The notes: generated from the sequence alone by a model not told the origin. Numbered from the stretch's first letter, positions 40,083-50,087 are shown. The stretch: DNA of 64,000 nt from Candidatus Dojkabacteria bacterium UBA2022 (GCA_002335495.1 DDBW01000020.1:11124-75123); one strand, 5' to 3'. Numbers and translations: made by a program.

Positions 40083-41138
40083 ATGAAATTATCTGAATTT
40101 GACTACAATCTACCCGAAGAGAGAATTGCCAAGTTCCCTCCCGAAATTAGAGGGACCACTAATCTAATGGTTTTAGATAGGGGGGATAGTTCTATCGTAC
40201 ATAGGAAATACTCTGATATTGTTGAGTATATTAAACCAGGTGATATCCTTGTTCTAAATAATACTAAGGTTGAAAAAGTTAGAGTCTTTTTTACAAATCA
40301 AACTAATTCAAAACGAATCGAAGCTTTATTTCTTAACAAAGTGTATCGAGGAGGAGATCTTAATACCGAATACTGGGAGTGCATTTTAGGACGGGCAAAA
40401 AACGTTAGAGAGGGTGATATCCTTGTGTCTGTTGAAAGTGATGGCGAGATAAAGGTGGAGGGGAGAATTGAAGATAGTATTTTTCTTGTTACCGCTTCCA
40501 TAGGGGTTATAGATAGCATCTTTGAAAAAGAAGGGCATGTCCCTCTTCCCCCATATCTTCGACGGGAGGATACTAAAGAGGATTATGTAAGGTATAATAC
40601 GGTTTTTGCTAAGAAGACCGGCTCCTCTGCCGCTCCAACCTCCGGCCTTAATTTCACCCCTCAGATGTTAGAATTATTAAAAAATAAGGGGGTTGAAATT
40701 GTTGAGGTTAGTTTAAATGTAGGGTGGGGAACTTTTGCTCCCATTCGAGTTGATGAAATTGAAAAACATAAAATACACTCGGAGTATATTGAAGTTACTC
40801 AGGAAGTTGCTGATAAAATAAATGATGTTATTAGTAACAGGGGAGACGTATGGGCCCTAGGTACAACTGCCGCAAGAACCTTGGAAAGCGTAGCAGAAAG
40901 TACTGAGGATGGGTTTAGAGTTAAGGCTTTTAAGGGAGATACCTCCATATACATATATCCTGGGTATCAGTGGAAGGTGGTTAAGCATTTAATTACCAAT
41001 TTTCATGCTCCTAAAAGTAGTCTTTTGGTTATGATTGCTTCTTTGCTCGGTTATGATTTCATGATGGATGCATATAAAGAAGCACTAGAGAAAGAGTATA
41101 ACTTTTTAAGCTATGGTGATAGCATGATAATACTATGA
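40083..41138 (+). CDS. queA: S-adenosylmethionine:tRNA ribosyltransferase-isomerase
   Basis: The QueA N-terminus (FDYNLPEERIAKFP) is present and the ORF is full length. Confidence 0.85.
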   Translation: MKLSEFDYNLPEERIAKFPPEIRGTTNLMVLDRGDSSIVHRKYSDIVEYIKPGDILVLNNTKVEKVRVFFTNQTNSKRIEALFLNKVYRGGDLNTEYWECILGRAKNVREGDILVSVESDGEIKVEGRIEDSIFLVTASIGVIDSIFEKEGHVPLPPYLRREDTKEDYVRYNTVFAKKTGSSAAPTSGLNFTPQMLELLKNKGVEIVEVSLNVGWGTFAPIRVDEIEKHKIHSEYIEVTQEVADKINDVISNRGDVWALGTTAARTLESVAESTEDGFRVKAFKGDTSIYIYPGYQWKVVKHLITNFHAPKSSLLVMIASLLGYDFMMDAYKEALEKEYNFLSYGDSMIIL

Positions 41139-42166
41139 AATTAGAAGATTTTGGCAAAACAATTACATTTATGCCCGACGCCACAAGGGGGGCGGTGCGT
41201 TTCTTAACTGCAGATCAGTTAAAAAGCACTGGAACTAAAAACGTAGTCGTGAATACCCTGCATTTAATGATTCATCCTGGTTCGGAAACTATTCAGAAGC
41301 TTGGGGGGATACATTCTTTTATGAACTGGCACGAAGGCTTTATGCTTAGTGATTCCGGAGGTTTTCAAGTTTTCTCGCTTCTTCACTCTAAAAAGTGGGA
41401 AGGAAAGATTGATAACAATGGGGCCACTTTCAAGTCTCCTAGGGAGGGTAAAAAGTATGTGCTAACTCCTGAATCTTCAATAGAAATTCAAATGCAACTT
41501 GGTACTGATATTCTTGTCGCATTGGATGACTGCAGAGATGCGCAGGTTGATAGGAAAGAAGCCGAGATCTCTGTTGAAAGAACCTTGGAATGGGGGAGAA
41601 GGTCGTTGGAGCATTTTAAAAAATTGAAAGGGCATGAAAATGGTAAGATTATATCTGCTGTAGTTCAGGGTGCAAATTACCTTGATCTTAGAGAGTATTG
41701 TGCAAAAGAGCTTTCCAAAATGGGATTTGATGGTTATAACTTTGGGGGATATGTAATCGATAGTGATGGGAAGCTGGTTGTTGAAGAGATGAAGGTTGTT
41801 ATAGAGAATACTCCTAAGGATAAGTTTAAGTATGCAATGGGAGTTGGTAAGCCTCAGGATATTATTGATGCTGCAAAGCTAGGGTATACTGTCTTTGATA
41901 CAGTTCTTGTTACTAGGAATGCTCGTCATGGTACATTATATTCTTTCAATGAAGAGAATCTAACTATGCGTATTAAGAATGCAAAGTATTCCAACGACCT
42001 TTTTCCAATTGAAGATGGTTGTGATTGTGAGGCATGTAGAAATCATACAAGAGCGTATGTTCATCATATGATTAGGATTGGCGAAGCGACAGGTATGACA
42101 TTAGCAACAATTCATAACCTTCGCTTCTATCAGAGACTTGTAGAGAAGCTTAGTATAGAAGTATAA
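41135..42166 (+). CDS. tgt: queuine tRNA-ribosyltransferase
   Basis: The TGT TIM-barrel motifs and a CxCxxC zinc site (CDCEAC) are present. The start overlaps the queA stop. Confidence 0.85.
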   Translation: MKLEDFGKTITFMPDATRGAVRFLTADQLKSTGTKNVVVNTLHLMIHPGSETIQKLGGIHSFMNWHEGFMLSDSGGFQVFSLLHSKKWEGKIDNNGATFKSPREGKKYVLTPESSIEIQMQLGTDILVALDDCRDAQVDRKEAEISVERTLEWGRRSLEHFKKLKGHENGKIISAVVQGANYLDLREYCAKELSKMGFDGYNFGGYVIDSDGKLVVEEMKVVIENTPKDKFKYAMGVGKPQDIIDAAKLGYTVFDTVLVTRNARHGTLYSFNEENLTMRIKNAKYSNDLFPIEDGCDCEACRNHTRAYVHHMIRIGEATGMTLATIHNLRFYQRLVEKLSIEV

Positions 42167-42193
42167 TATATACTATAAGATAGATATCGAGAC

Positions 42194-42532
42194 ATGGGCA
42201 ATCATATATACGAAACAGTTATTTGGGATAAACTAGGTGTAAAAGCAGAAGGCCCTGAAGAGCCTGTCTATCTATCTAGAGTAGATGGGTACATGGAAGA
42301 AGGTTTTGCGCCTGTATTTGTATATGGAGATATCGTGTTAAATCAGGTTGAACCTCAGGACGTTGAAACTGTTAACAATGAATTTATCCTAGTATCATCC
42401 AGTCAAAGAATTGATCCTCTTGATAACGGTATGTTTTTAGTTAGAGTTTTACGAAACCAAGATGGTGTTCATAAGGGGTATCTTGTTAAGGGAAATAGTG
42501 ACTTAACCCTTGTTCTCATGTTGCATGAGTAG
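42194..42532 (+). CDS. hypothetical protein
   Basis: It is a 112-codon ORF with plausible coding composition and no recognisable motif. Confidence 0.35.
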   Translation: MGNHIYETVIWDKLGVKAEGPEEPVYLSRVDGYMEEGFAPVFVYGDIVLNQVEPQDVETVNNEFILVSSSQRIDPLDNGMFLVRVLRNQDGVHKGYLVKGNSDLTLVLMLHE

Positions 42533-43775
42533 GGTCTACAGTCTTACTGATTCTAGCGTCGTAGAATGGGATGCTTTTAGGGGAGAAAATAAGAAGTAAT
42601 ATGGATATCGTTATTCCAAATAGTGCTAAGTACTTAAAGGCTTCTAACCCTGTGGTATGATCTAACATGACCCCGGTCAATAAGGGGCCAACTATATATC
42701 CAATATTTTCGAATACATCCTTTGCGCTTAATATGTATATATCATTTGACTTTGATTCTTTTAGGTAGTCTGCGATAGCCCCCCCCATGGCTGGAAAAGT
42801 TATTGCCTGTAGTGCGTTGCTAATAAATACGAGTATTATGATTATAATGGGGCTGGTAGTAAGGGGTATTAAAAGCAAGAAAAACGAACTCAGGAAAAAA
42901 GACGCGTATGCCGATTTTTTCTTCCCAAAGTACTTAGTGATTGGTCCGACACTCCAACTTACGAATAAAGATGGGACCATTGAAACGGCTAGGATTATAC
43001 CTCCGATTCCGTTTAGTAAAGGGGAAACTTTATCTAAAATTGGAGATACTATCCAAAATACTGACTCCATTATGTTAAGGCTCATGGTTAAAACTAGGAT
43101 AGGCCATAACCTCTTGCATACCTTTAGAAAACTCAATATGCTTCCTCCTCCGTGCTCGTATATTGGCCGTTCGCGTGGATTGCTAGTTTTACGGTATCTC
43201 ATAAGTGTTATCAGGGAAAAAAGAGCTAAAAGGGTAGTTACGAGCGGGATTAGAGCATCCTTCCACCACACTGATGTTATAGCTATAGTGCCCGCTATCA
43301 AGGGTGCTATTACATACCCTAAATCGTTATAAATATAAAGAGTTGCGCTCGAAGAGGAATGGTCTTTCTTTGGTACCTCTCTAGCTATAAAGTCGTAATA
43401 TCCAAAAGCACTCAAGTTAGAGTATAAACTCCATAGGGCCATTGCGAGTAGAAAGAGTATATAAATGTTATGTGAAAGGAGAAACAGTGGGAATAAAAGC
43501 ACGAGGGATAGTGAGTATAGGTACAGTCTGAAGTAGTCGACTCTTTTCAGATACTTAACGAGTAATAGATCGAATGCTATTCCAAAAATTGATGAACTGG
43601 CCATCAGCAACCCCATCTCAGTATTAGTAAATCCAGCATCAGTTATGACAATCGGAGCAAAATAGCTGTATATTCCGTTTGAAATAGCAAAGAAGAAAGT
43701 TGTCAATCCGAATAAAAAAAGCGTTTTTTTGGGTCTAGAAACAATGTTCGTTGTATCCTGATTAAGGTTAATCAT
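42516..43775 (-). CDS. MFS-family transporter
   Basis: It has ~12 TM helices in a 6+6 arrangement. Confidence 0.7.
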   Translation of the reverse strand: MINLNQDTTNIVSRPKKTLFLFGLTTFFFAISNGIYSYFAPIVITDAGFTNTEMGLLMASSSIFGIAFDLLLVKYLKRVDYFRLYLYSLSLVLLFPLFLLSHNIYILFLLAMALWSLYSNLSAFGYYDFIAREVPKKDHSSSSATLYIYNDLGYVIAPLIAGTIAITSVWWKDALIPLVTTLLALFSLITLMRYRKTSNPRERPIYEHGGGSILSFLKVCKRLWPILVLTMSLNIMESVFWIVSPILDKVSPLLNGIGGIILAVSMVPSLFVSWSVGPITKYFGKKKSAYASFFLSSFFLLLIPLTTSPIIIIILVFISNALQAITFPAMGGAIADYLKESKSNDIYILSAKDVFENIGYIVGPLLTGVMLDHTTGLEAFKYLALFGITISILLLIFSPKSIPFYDARISKTVDPTHAT

Positions 43776-44081
43776 CAGTTAGATGTTAGCTTATCCGTTA
43801 AGTTATCAATTTATTATAGTATATTTTTTCACTCTTTAATTGCCCTTCCCCCTATAAAATGATATTATAGTACAGTAAATATTTAGGTATATTTACATTT
43901 GCTGTAAGTATTAAAAAGTTTGATATATAAAGAAATTTGAAATATATGTTTGTATTAAATATACATAGAAATAATCCTAATAAAGGTTTAGCGGGAAGAT
44001 AATTCCTGGCTTTTTCACATATACAATTTTCTTCTCAAAAATACTTTCAGCTATATAGTTTAATTAAGTATTGTTAAAGCT

Positions 44082-45602
44082 ATGGAAGCTGTAATTGCAA
44101 TAGTTGCGGCACTCGCTGCAGCAGGAGGTACATTCACATACCTCAAGTACGTTACCAAATGGGTAAACGTAAAAAATATTCCTGAAGATGTAATTTTAGA
44201 AACTGCAAATAAAAAGATTGCAGAGAAGATGTCTCAAGTAAATGAGGAAGTAGAAAGTGCCCGAAGAGAGACAGAAGAAAGAATGAGAAAAGCTCGTAAG
44301 GAGATGATGGAACAGGAAGAGCTCCTGATCGAAAGGGAAAGAAAGCTCAATGGAAGAGCAAAGATGCTCGATGAGAAGAGCGAAGAGTTAGAAAAACAAA
44401 CTGAAGATGTTAAGAACTTGCAAAGAGGCGTTGAAAGTACACGAGCCAAACTTAAAACCGAACTTGAAAAAATCTCAGGCTTAACTAGAGATGAGGCTAA
44501 GAAGAAGCTGATGCAGGAAGTTGAGGCCGATATGGCTGACTACGAGGCTCAATTAATTAGAAAAGCCGAAAAGAAAGCAGAAGAAATTGCTGACGATAAG
44601 GCAAAGCATATTTTGGTTGAAGCTATGCAGAAGGTTGAAACTGATTATGTAGGTGAAACTACAACTACATCGGTTAAGATTGAGGATGATAAGGTTAAGG
44701 GGAGAATTATAGGTAAAGAAGGACGAAATATTAGAGCCTTCGAAAAAGCTACAGGAGTTGATGTCATAGTTGATGATTCTCCAACCACAATTGGACTCTC
44801 ATCCTTTGACCCTCTAAGAAGAGAGATCGCAAGAGTTTCTTTGAGTAAACTTGTAGGAGATGGAAGAATTCACCCAGGTTCAATTGAAGAAGCTATACGG
44901 AAAGCTAAGAATGAGATTGCCCAGGAGATTAAAAAGAATGGACAGATTCTTGCTGAGGAAGCAGGATGGCCAGGAATCGATATCGGTCTTCTCAAGCTAA
45001 TTGGTAAGATGAAGTATAGAACCAGTTACGGCCAAACCCTTATGTCTCACACCATTGAGGTTATAAGAATTGGTGCTGCAATTGCTGCCGAACTTAAGGC
45101 TGATGTTGACCTAGTAAAGAAGGCCTGTTTACTACATGATGTAGGTAAGATACTAAGCCACAAACTTGATCTGCCACATCACCATATCTCTGGACAGGTC
45201 GCTCGAAAGTACGGATTGGATGAGAAGTTGGTGAATGCTATTGAAGCTCATCACTTGGATATTGAGCCACAGTCAGTAGAAGCCTTGGTTGTTCATATTG
45301 CTGACGCTATATCTGGAGCAAGACCAGGAGCTAGAAAGGATAGTTATGAACAGTATATTAAGAGAATTGAAGGTATTGAGAATGTTGCTAAAGAGATCGG
45401 TGGAGATAAAGTACACGAAGTTTTTGCTATTAGAGCTGGTAGAGAATTAAGGGTCATTGTTGATCCAAATACTACTAACGATAGTGAGATAAAAGTAATG
45501 GCTAAAAAGATTGTTGAACAGATACAGAAGACGCAAAACTACCCTGGAAATATTGAGGTGTCTGTTATTAGAGAGAGTCGAGCCGTGGAGGTAGCTAGAT
45601 AA
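44082..45602 (+). CDS. rny: ribonuclease Y
   Basis: It has an N-terminal TM helix, a coiled coil, a KH domain (KGRIIGKEGRNIRAFE) and an HD domain (LLHDVGK ... HH). Confidence 0.9.
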   Translation: MEAVIAIVAALAAAGGTFTYLKYVTKWVNVKNIPEDVILETANKKIAEKMSQVNEEVESARRETEERMRKARKEMMEQEELLIERERKLNGRAKMLDEKSEELEKQTEDVKNLQRGVESTRAKLKTELEKISGLTRDEAKKKLMQEVEADMADYEAQLIRKAEKKAEEIADDKAKHILVEAMQKVETDYVGETTTTSVKIEDDKVKGRIIGKEGRNIRAFEKATGVDVIVDDSPTTIGLSSFDPLRREIARVSLSKLVGDGRIHPGSIEEAIRKAKNEIAQEIKKNGQILAEEAGWPGIDIGLLKLIGKMKYRTSYGQTLMSHTIEVIRIGAAIAAELKADVDLVKKACLLHDVGKILSHKLDLPHHHISGQVARKYGLDEKLVNAIEAHHLDIEPQSVEALVVHIADAISGARPGARKDSYEQYIKRIEGIENVAKEIGGDKVHEVFAIRAGRELRVIVDPNTTNDSEIKVMAKKIVEQIQKTQNYPGNIEVSVIRESRAVEVAR

Positions 45603-46393
45603 TGATTAAGGCTCTCTTCATAGGTGATGTATGTGGAAAGCCGGGTAGGAGGGCCGTAAGGGACCTCCTACCTGCTATTAAGAAGGAAGAGGGTATTGAT
45701 GTCGTTATTACTAATATCGAAAACCTTGCTCACGGTAGAGGAGCTACAGTTGAGACTGTAAATGAGTTGATGTATTACGGAGTTGATTTCATGACTGCTG
45801 GAAATCATATATGGAGACGTCCAGATTTCCATGAGTTGCTTGGCGGTGATTTCCCAATCATTCGATCTCTAAATTACCCCGATGATCTTCCTGGAAAGGG
45901 CTATGGAGAGATAGATTTGGGAGAAAAGGGGAAACTTCTAGTAATATCTGTTATAGGTTACGCTTTCATGAATGAGCGTACTATAACCGAACCTTTTAGA
46001 AGTTTAGATGCGTTTTTAAAGGGGATTGATAGTTCCAAATATGCTGGTATTCTTGTTGAAATCCATGCCGAATCTACCTCTGAAAAACTCTCTTTTGCAT
46101 TGTATTTTGATGGGAAAGTTAGCGGGATTGTAGGTACTCATACCCACATCCCAACTGCTGATGAAAGACTGTTGCCGCAAGGTTCTTCGTATATTAACGA
46201 CATCGGTATGGTTGGACCTTTGAACTCATCTTTATGGGTAAAAAAGGAAATTGTTTTTCAGCAGAGTATGTATCCATATTCACCTCGATATGAAATTGAA
46301 GAAGAGGGGCCGGTGAGGTTTGATGCTGTAGTTATTGAGATCGATGGTCCTACATCTTCTAAAAGTATAAAGCGTATAAACAAAATCCTATAA
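45602..46393 (+). CDS. ymdB: YmdB-like metallophosphoesterase (2',3'-cyclic-nucleotide phosphodiesterase family)
   Basis: The MIKALFIGDVCGKPGRRAV start is present. The calcineurin-like motifs GNHIW and GTHTH are present. It shows the conserved rny-ymdB linkage. Confidence 0.85.
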   Translation: MIKALFIGDVCGKPGRRAVRDLLPAIKKEEGIDVVITNIENLAHGRGATVETVNELMYYGVDFMTAGNHIWRRPDFHELLGGDFPIIRSLNYPDDLPGKGYGEIDLGEKGKLLVISVIGYAFMNERTITEPFRSLDAFLKGIDSSKYAGILVEIHAESTSEKLSFALYFDGKVSGIVGTHTHIPTADERLLPQGSSYINDIGMVGPLNSSLWVKKEIVFQQSMYPYSPRYEIEEEGPVRFDAVVIEIDGPTSSKSIKRINKIL

Positions 46394-46405
46394 TTACACG
46401 CAATA

Positions 46406-46467
46406 TTGACTTTTTTGCTTAATTCCAATATTTTAAGAATAGATAGTGTAACTATTATTGTTAATAT
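46406..46467 (+). promoter_or_regulatory. promoter region for hup (TTGACT-17-TATTTT, and a downstream extended -10 TGtTAATAT)
   Basis: The two candidate elements are at 46406-46434 and 46459-46467. A strong SD AAGGAGGT lies 8 nt before the hup ATG. Confidence 0.4.
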
Positions 46468-46513
46468 AACAATAGTTCGCTTTCTATCTCTTTAAGAAAG
46501 GAGGTTTACAAAT

Positions 46514-46786
46514 ATGTTAAAGCAACAAGTTGTTGATGCCGTTGCAGCTGCAGCTGGTCTCACAAAGAAGCAAGCAACTATGGCTGTAGATGCTATGCTT
46601 GACGCAGTCACTGATTCTTTAAAGAAGGGTGACTCTGTTCTTCTCACAGGCTTCGGTAAGTTCGAAGTTCGAACCAGAGCAGCAAGAGTAGGAATCAATC
46701 CTAAGACTTTGTCTAAGATTAATCTTCCTGCTTCTAAAGTTCCTGCTTTCAAAGCTGGAAAAGCTCTTAAGATGGCTGTTAAGTAA
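46514..46786 (+). CDS. hup: DNA-binding protein HU
   Basis: The HU/IHF fold signature (GFGKFEVRTRAARVGINPKT) is present. Confidence 0.9.
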   Translation: MLKQQVVDAVAAAAGLTKKQATMAVDAMLDAVTDSLKKGDSVLLTGFGKFEVRTRAARVGINPKTLSKINLPASKVPAFKAGKALKMAVK

Positions 46787-46823
46787 TAGCTGCCGGTATT
46801 TCTCTGTATAGAGAGGTATTACT

Positions 46824-46878
46824 GGGGCCCTGATTCTTATAGATAGAATATATCTGTAAGATTGCAGGGCCCCTTTTT
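46824..46878 (+). terminator. rho-independent terminator after hup
   Basis: A GGGGCCC...GGGCCCC stem with an inner CTTATAG/CTGTAAG pairing is followed by TTTTT. Confidence 0.6.
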
Positions 46879-46907
46879 ACTCTTCGATTTCATGATTGTA
46901 CACTCCG

Positions 46908-46936
46908 TTGACAGCAAGAACTGTGTATGTAATTAT
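46908..46936 (+). promoter_or_regulatory. sigma70-type promoter (TTGACA-17-AATTAT) upstream of the GNAT-like gene and the peptide locus
   Basis: A consensus -35 TTGACA is at 46908-46913. A plausible AT-rich -10 lies 17 nt downstream. Confidence 0.4.
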
Positions 46937-46964
46937 TATAATAAATATTTAGCCTGAATAATCA

Positions 46965-47411
46965 ATGAAAGTTATTAAAGGTGAAGTTAAGCATACTGAA
47001 GATATTTCAAACCTTCTCGCTGATCATTTTTCCCGACTAAACTCAAGATTCGGTTATAACAAGTATAAGACGAATCTATCTAGAATGACTGAAATTGTGC
47101 ATGAAAGGCTGTCTGACGATAAGAATTTATACAAGTATATTGTTCTAGAGTCCGACGATGGTACATTTGCAGGGTTTATAAACCTTCTCTTTGCAAAAGA
47201 TATCTCGGAGATTCTTCTCCTTGAATTGCTTCCTGAGTTTAATAATTATGATAATGCTAAAATTTTGTTGGAAACTGCTCTTGGTGAATTCAAAAGACTA
47301 GGGGTTAAAAGGATTATTACTGAAATATCGCCGGAAGAGCCTAATTATAAAAAGGCATTTGAGGAACTTAATAGTGAAGTCTTACTCTGGACTGCAGCAT
47401 ATAATTTATAA
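46965..47411 (+). CDS. small GNAT-fold-like protein (degenerate), first gene of the putative RiPP locus
   Basis: 148 codons. The C-terminal RLGVKRIITEI...NYKKAFEELN resembles the GNAT motif A/B region. A clear acetyl-CoA Gly loop is lacking. Confidence 0.35.
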   Translation: MKVIKGEVKHTEDISNLLADHFSRLNSRFGYNKYKTNLSRMTEIVHERLSDDKNLYKYIVLESDDGTFAGFINLLFAKDISEILLLELLPEFNNYDNAKILLETALGEFKRLGVKRIITEISPEEPNYKKAFEELNSEVLLWTAAYNL

Positions 47412-47422
47412 ATTTTTCTAAT

Positions 47423-47551
47423 ATGGTGTATGAGTCAGCTATTATTGCGCTAGGCTTTGATGAGTTTTTATTAGATGTACTTCCAGAGCTAGCTCACATG
47501 GGGGGAACTGGTGAAACTTCACAATGCTGTGCATCAGGTACTAAGGACTGA
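47423..47551 (+). CDS. candidate RiPP precursor peptide (42 aa: leader ending in Gly-Gly, then a Thr/Ser/Cys-rich 14-aa core)
   Basis: It was translated manually as MVYESAIIALGFDEFLLDVLPELAHMGG-TGETSQCCASGTKD. It is missing from the ORF track. Its stop TGA overlaps the downstream start as TGATG. Confidence 0.55.
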   Translation: MVYESAIIALGFDEFLLDVLPELAHMGGTGETSQCCASGTKD

Positions 47552-48900
47552 TGTTACTGAGATCGTCTATTAATTATGAGAGACATCTTAAGGATAAGCT
47601 TTTAGAGCTTTCTGCTTATGTAAATGTAGATAGCTCTTGTAAAATAGATCCTTCTTTTTTAAGAGAATATTATTATAAATTCTATGCTCAAACACTAGTT
47701 TATAATTTTTATGTTGAGAAACAGGATAACTTCGTTGAGTATGTCGATTCGCTTTCAAAAGAGTATCTTCATAGTTTTAAGGTCCCAACCTCTTTTGTAT
47801 CAGCCGTTTTGAGCCAAGTTTTCGATGATGCCAAAAAATTAAATTTGCAGAATGAAGTTGTGCCTTTGGGTGATGTTCATTATAAAGGAGGTACAAAGTA
47901 TCTGAATAATAAGAAAATATCTTTTCATAATTATCCTAACTATGACACTCTTGTGAGAACGATTGCAGATATCGTAAATGTAATCCCTGTATCCTGTCTT
48001 CCCCTGCAGAACAATGAATCCGGCGCTTTAAGTAGGGAATTTATAGACGTAAACAATGTTACAGATGACGAAAAGAAAGTCGAAGAATATTTTTATAACT
48101 TAGGAGTTGTTATACCATTTCTGCTGTTACTTAGAGCCATTGATGTATACGCCGAAAATATTCTTGTAAATTTACCCTATCCGGTATTATTTGATCTTGA
48201 ATGTATCTTTACAGGAGTTCATGAAAAGGATCCTAATTATTCTTTATTCCATACTGGTATTATAAAGGTACCGGAAAACAACGATGTTAGCGCTCTGACT
48301 GGTGGTATGGAGCAGATCTATAGCTATTTGCATCCATCATTGCATAATGAAAATGGATTACCAAAAATAAAGTGGAAGATCAAATCTGATCTTAAAGCTG
48401 ACAATCTTGTTCTGTTACGAGGAAACTATGTAGACGTTACAAAATATATAGATATTTTACTAAAAGGTTTTGATTGTTCTTCTAATCAAATTTCTAAGAG
48501 GATGGCTGATGTCCGAAAAGCTGTTTTAGAGATTCCCACATATATTCGCTATATTCATCGTCCTACATATATTTATAGCTCTCGTATTCAACACTACCTA
48601 TTCCCGAATGTATATGAGACCCAAGACTCTATTAAATTTATGCGTGAAGGTTTGCAGTCTCATTCACCTATGTTTGCAGTTACCGAAAGCGAAGGTATTC
48701 TTAATTACGAGTCAGAAAGTATGTCCAAGGGCATGGTCCCCGTATTTTATAATGAGATCCACTCTAATGATGTTTTTAATTCGAATGGAGATCTAATTAC
48801 GAAGAATAAAGTTAAACCTGTAGATGTATGGCTCTCTCATATTACTAATATTGAGGAATTTTTTTATAAACAAAGGAAAATCCTCCGCGATTCTATCTAG
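47551..48900 (+). CDS. 449-aa protein with a kinase-like (APH/protein-kinase-like) catalytic core, a candidate peptide-modifying enzyme
   Basis: The catalytic-loop-like IDVYAENILVN (D-x4-N followed by NILV) is present. The metal-binding-like FDLECIF (DxE) is present. The Gly-rich GDVHYKGGTKY is present. It is translationally coupled to the peptide ORF. Confidence 0.5.
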   Translation: MLLRSSINYERHLKDKLLELSAYVNVDSSCKIDPSFLREYYYKFYAQTLVYNFYVEKQDNFVEYVDSLSKEYLHSFKVPTSFVSAVLSQVFDDAKKLNLQNEVVPLGDVHYKGGTKYLNNKKISFHNYPNYDTLVRTIADIVNVIPVSCLPLQNNESGALSREFIDVNNVTDDEKKVEEYFYNLGVVIPFLLLLRAIDVYAENILVNLPYPVLFDLECIFTGVHEKDPNYSLFHTGIIKVPENNDVSALTGGMEQIYSYLHPSLHNENGLPKIKWKIKSDLKADNLVLLRGNYVDVTKYIDILLKGFDCSSNQISKRMADVRKAVLEIPTYIRYIHRPTYIYSSRIQHYLFPNVYETQDSIKFMREGLQSHSPMFAVTESEGILNYESESMSKGMVPVFYNEIHSNDVFNSNGDLITKNKVKPVDVWLSHITNIEEFFYKQRKILRDSI

Positions 48901-48914
48901 ATAGTTGAGAATGT

Positions 48915-49979
48915 CTAATTTTCTTTTCCGTAATAGTTAGCAGCAATATATGTCGTTATTGGTATTGCAATGATTAACCCTATGCTTCCTACCAATGTCC
49001 TTACTACCTCCTCCGTTATCACCTCTAGGTTTACAAGCTGGCCGAGTGGGTACTGGGAATTAGTGAAAAGAATCAGCAGTGGAAGAGATGATCCTGCATA
49101 TACCAAAACTAAGGTGTTAACCATTGATGAAATATGATCCTTCCCAACCTCCATAGCTCGCTTGTATAAGTCAAATGCTTTCATTTTTCTGTTAGTTTCG
49201 TTTAACTGTTGAACTATAGAAACTTGAGAAATTGTTGCATCATCAAGAATGCCGCTCAAACTGATAATTACCCCTGCTATATAGATACTCTTTAAATCAA
49301 AGCTTCCCCCATTGAAAAATTGTAGGAATATCGTGTCGTCATCAGTTAAACCTGTGATATTTGTTAGGTTTACAAATATTCTGGTTAGAAGCGAAGTTAC
49401 AATTATCGCTGCCAATACGCCTATAATTGCAATGTGGGCTTTCTTGGTAAAGCCGTGGGATATATAGAAAATGGTCGGAATTAGAATTAAGGATGTAATC
49501 GTTGTTACGAATATTGCATCTCGCCCGTCAATTATCATTGGCAGGGTCACCTGCGAGATTATGATGAAAGAGATTACCATAGAAATCACCGCCCTGAACC
49601 CATGTTTACCAGCCACAATAACTGTTACGAGAATAAATAAACCAAAGAGGAGGAGTAGGGCGTCGGATCTGTAGTAGTCAGTTATGTAAAAGGTCTCTCC
49701 TCCGTCTAAATCTTTCGCCTCTGTTAAAAGCACCTTATCACCCTTTTTATATTCGATGGTTGTTTCTCCTGTAAGGAGTTGTTGATTTATTACAACCTCA
49801 TCTCCCTTTCTTTCCCCGTCCAAAATAACTACTTTAGCTTTAAAGTCGATAACCCCAGGATTAGTTTCACTACGACTAGCCTCAGTAATTTCTCCCTTAT
49901 AAAGCTGGGAATCTCCATTTGCCAATACCCCCGTAGACATAGAAAGAAATAACATTAGTGCAATTACTATCTTTTTCAT
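48915..49979 (-). CDS. YibE/F-family-like integral membrane protein with an N-terminal extracytoplasmic domain
   Basis: It has a signal peptide, a ~100-aa soluble region, then ~7 TM helices. This resembles the YibE/F architecture. Confidence 0.45.
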   Translation of the reverse strand: MKKIVIALMLFLSMSTGVLANGDSQLYKGEITEASRSETNPGVIDFKAKVVILDGERKGDEVVINQQLLTGETTIEYKKGDKVLLTEAKDLDGGETFYITDYYRSDALLLLFGLFILVTVIVAGKHGFRAVISMVISFIIISQVTLPMIIDGRDAIFVTTITSLILIPTIFYISHGFTKKAHIAIIGVLAAIIVTSLLTRIFVNLTNITGLTDDDTIFLQFFNGGSFDLKSIYIAGVIISLSGILDDATISQVSIVQQLNETNRKMKAFDLYKRAMEVGKDHISSMVNTLVLVYAGSSLPLLILFTNSQYPLGQLVNLEVITEEVVRTLVGSIGLIIAIPITTYIAANYYGKEN

Positions 49980-50087
49980 CTCTCATTAATCCAATTTAAT
50001 ACTAAATCATACCGTCATTTCTTTTAATTGCCAATTAAGTATATATATCCTAATATGTAGATAATTACTTGAACATTACTGCCGTAA

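Noticed and set aside
43776-44081. 300-nt AT-rich divergent intergenic region with quasi-repeats (tttgatatata / ttgaaatatat)
   Set aside because: It is consistent with an ordinary bidirectional promoter region between the MFS gene and rny. The repeats are short and imperfect.
47440-47550. Possible small RNA or tRNA in the 140-nt gap before the 449-aa gene
   Set aside because: No cloverleaf could be drawn. The region instead contains a clean 42-codon ORF coupled to the downstream gene. It was reinterpreted as a peptide gene.
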